Assembly: GCF_963921235.1 (NCBI RefSeq)
Contig: NC_086109.1
Span: forward strand, 2,418,001 to 2,482,000
Direction of reading: 5' to 3'
DNA length: 64,000 nt
Source of the DNA: Mobula hypostoma
Taxonomy: Eukaryota
Below, in pieces: positions 62,365 through 64,000 of the stretch; positions within the stretch are counted from its first letter, which is position 1, and the number at the start of each line of letters is the position of its first letter. The notes under the pieces are model-generated. The model saw only the letters and a list, made by a program, of their open reading frames with translations, searched no databases and had not been told where the DNA came from. The position numbers were made by a program, and so were the translations under genes.

Positions 62365-64000
62365 GAACATAGAACATAGAATAGTACAGTGCATTACAGG
62401 CCCTTCGGCCCACAATGTAGCGCCAACCCTCAAACCCTGCCTCCCATATAACCCCCCCCACCTTAAATTCCTCCATATTCCTGACTGGTAGTTGCTTAAA
62501 TTTCACTAGTGTATCTGCCTCCTCCACTGACTAAGGCAGTGTATTCCACGCACCAACCACTCTCTGAGTAAAAACCCTTACTCTAAAATCCCCCTTGAAC
62601 TGCTCACTTCTTACATTAAAGCCATGTCCCCTTGTGTTGAGCAGTGGTGCCCTGGGGAAGAGACGCTGGCTATCCACTCTATCTATTCCTCTTATTATCT
62701 TGTACACCTCTATCACATCTCCTCTCATCCTCCTTCTCTCAAAAGAGTAATCCCCGAGCTCCCTTAATCTCTGATCATAATCCATACTCTCTAAACCAGG
62801 CAGCATCCTGGTAAATCTCCTCTGTACCCTTTCCAATGCTTCCACATCCTTCCTATAGTGAGGCGACCAGAACTGGACACAGTACTCCAAGTGTGGCCTA
62901 ACCAGAGTTTTAAAGAGCTGCATCATTACATCGCGATTCTTAAACTCTATCCCTCAATTTATGGAAGCTAACACCCCATAAGCTTTCTTAACTACCCTAT
63001 CCACCTGTGGGGCAACTTTCAGGGATCTGTGGACATGTACCCCCAGATCCCTCTGCTCCTCCACACTACCAAGCATCTTGCCATTTACTTTGTACTCTGC
63101 CTTGGAGTTTGTCCTTCCAAAGTGTACCACCTCACACTTCTCTGGGTTGAACTCCATCTGCCACTTCTCAGCCCACTTCTGCATCCTATCAATGTCTCTC
63201 TGCAATTTTCGACTATCCTCTACAGTATCTACAACACCATCAACCTTTGTTTCGTCTGCAAACTTGCCAACCCACCCTTCTACCCCCACATCCAGGTCAT
63301 TAATAAAAATCACGAAAAGTAGAGGTCCCAGAACAGATCCTTGTGGGACACCACTAGTCACAATCCTCCAGTCTGAATGTACTCCCTCCACCACGACCCT
63401 CTTCCTTCTGCAGGCAAGCCAATTCTGAATCCACTTGGCCAAACTTGCCTGGATCCCATGCCTTCTGACTTTCTGAATAAGCCTACCGTATGGAACCTTG
63501 TCAAATGCCTTACTGAAATCCACAAAAATCACATCCACTGCACTACACTCATCTATATGTCTGGTCACCTCCTCAAAGAACTCTATCAGGCTTGTTAGAC
63601 ATGGTCTGCCCTTCACAAAGCCATGCTGACTGTCCCTGATCAGACTATGATTCTCTAAATGCCCACAGATCCTATCTCTAAGAGTCTTTTCCAACAGCTT
63701 TCCCACCACAGATGTAAGGCTCACTGGTCTATAATTATCCGGACTATCCCTACTACCTTTTTTGAACAAGGGGACAACATTCACCTCTCTCCAATCCCTG
63801 AGTACCATTCCCCTGGACAACGAGGACATAAAGATCCTAGCCAGAGGCTCAGCAATCTCTTCCCTCACCTCGTGGAGCAGCCTGGGGAATATTCCATCAG
63901 GTCCCAGGGACTTAGCTGTCCTAATATATTTTAACAACTCCAACACCTCCTCTCCCTTAATATCAACATGCTCCAGAACATCAACCTCATTCATATTGTC
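62365..64000 (-). mobile_element. Young CR1 family A copy (RT), running off the window edge and inserted into the older CR1
   Basis: ORFs 62954-63994 and 62531-62926 closely match 44700-46270. Tail (TTCTATG)n at 62365. Confidence 0.95.

Overview
Eukaryotic vertebrate DNA, probably cartilaginous fish (ray/shark type). That assignment is inferred from the CR1/Penelope/Rex repeat landscape and was not confirmed by a search. Most of the window is transposable-element debris: CR1 LINEs of several ages, Penelope-like elements (PLEs), Rex1/Babar and Tx1 fragments, and LTRs. It also holds a 4.2-kb 39-bp minisatellite that explains all the very long ORFs. The real gene content is a minus-strand CD2/SLAM-family immunoglobulin-superfamily locus with three clean phase-1/phase-1 exons: IgV (29413-29733), IgC2 (24685-24951) and a second IgV (18262-18570). 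The two V exons sit in duplicated blocks. Their adjacent intron is about 92% identical, while the V domains are only 43% identical, with mostly non-synonymous change. The second V has gained three non-canonical cysteines. Other highlights: a non-autonomous Tf1/sushi-type LTR element whose primer-binding site is complementary to its own predicted transcript start (self-priming), and minimal type I hammerhead ribozyme motifs in PLE termini, including back-to-back fold-back mini-elements. No prokaryotic features, tRNA/rRNA genes or CRISPR arrays were supportable.
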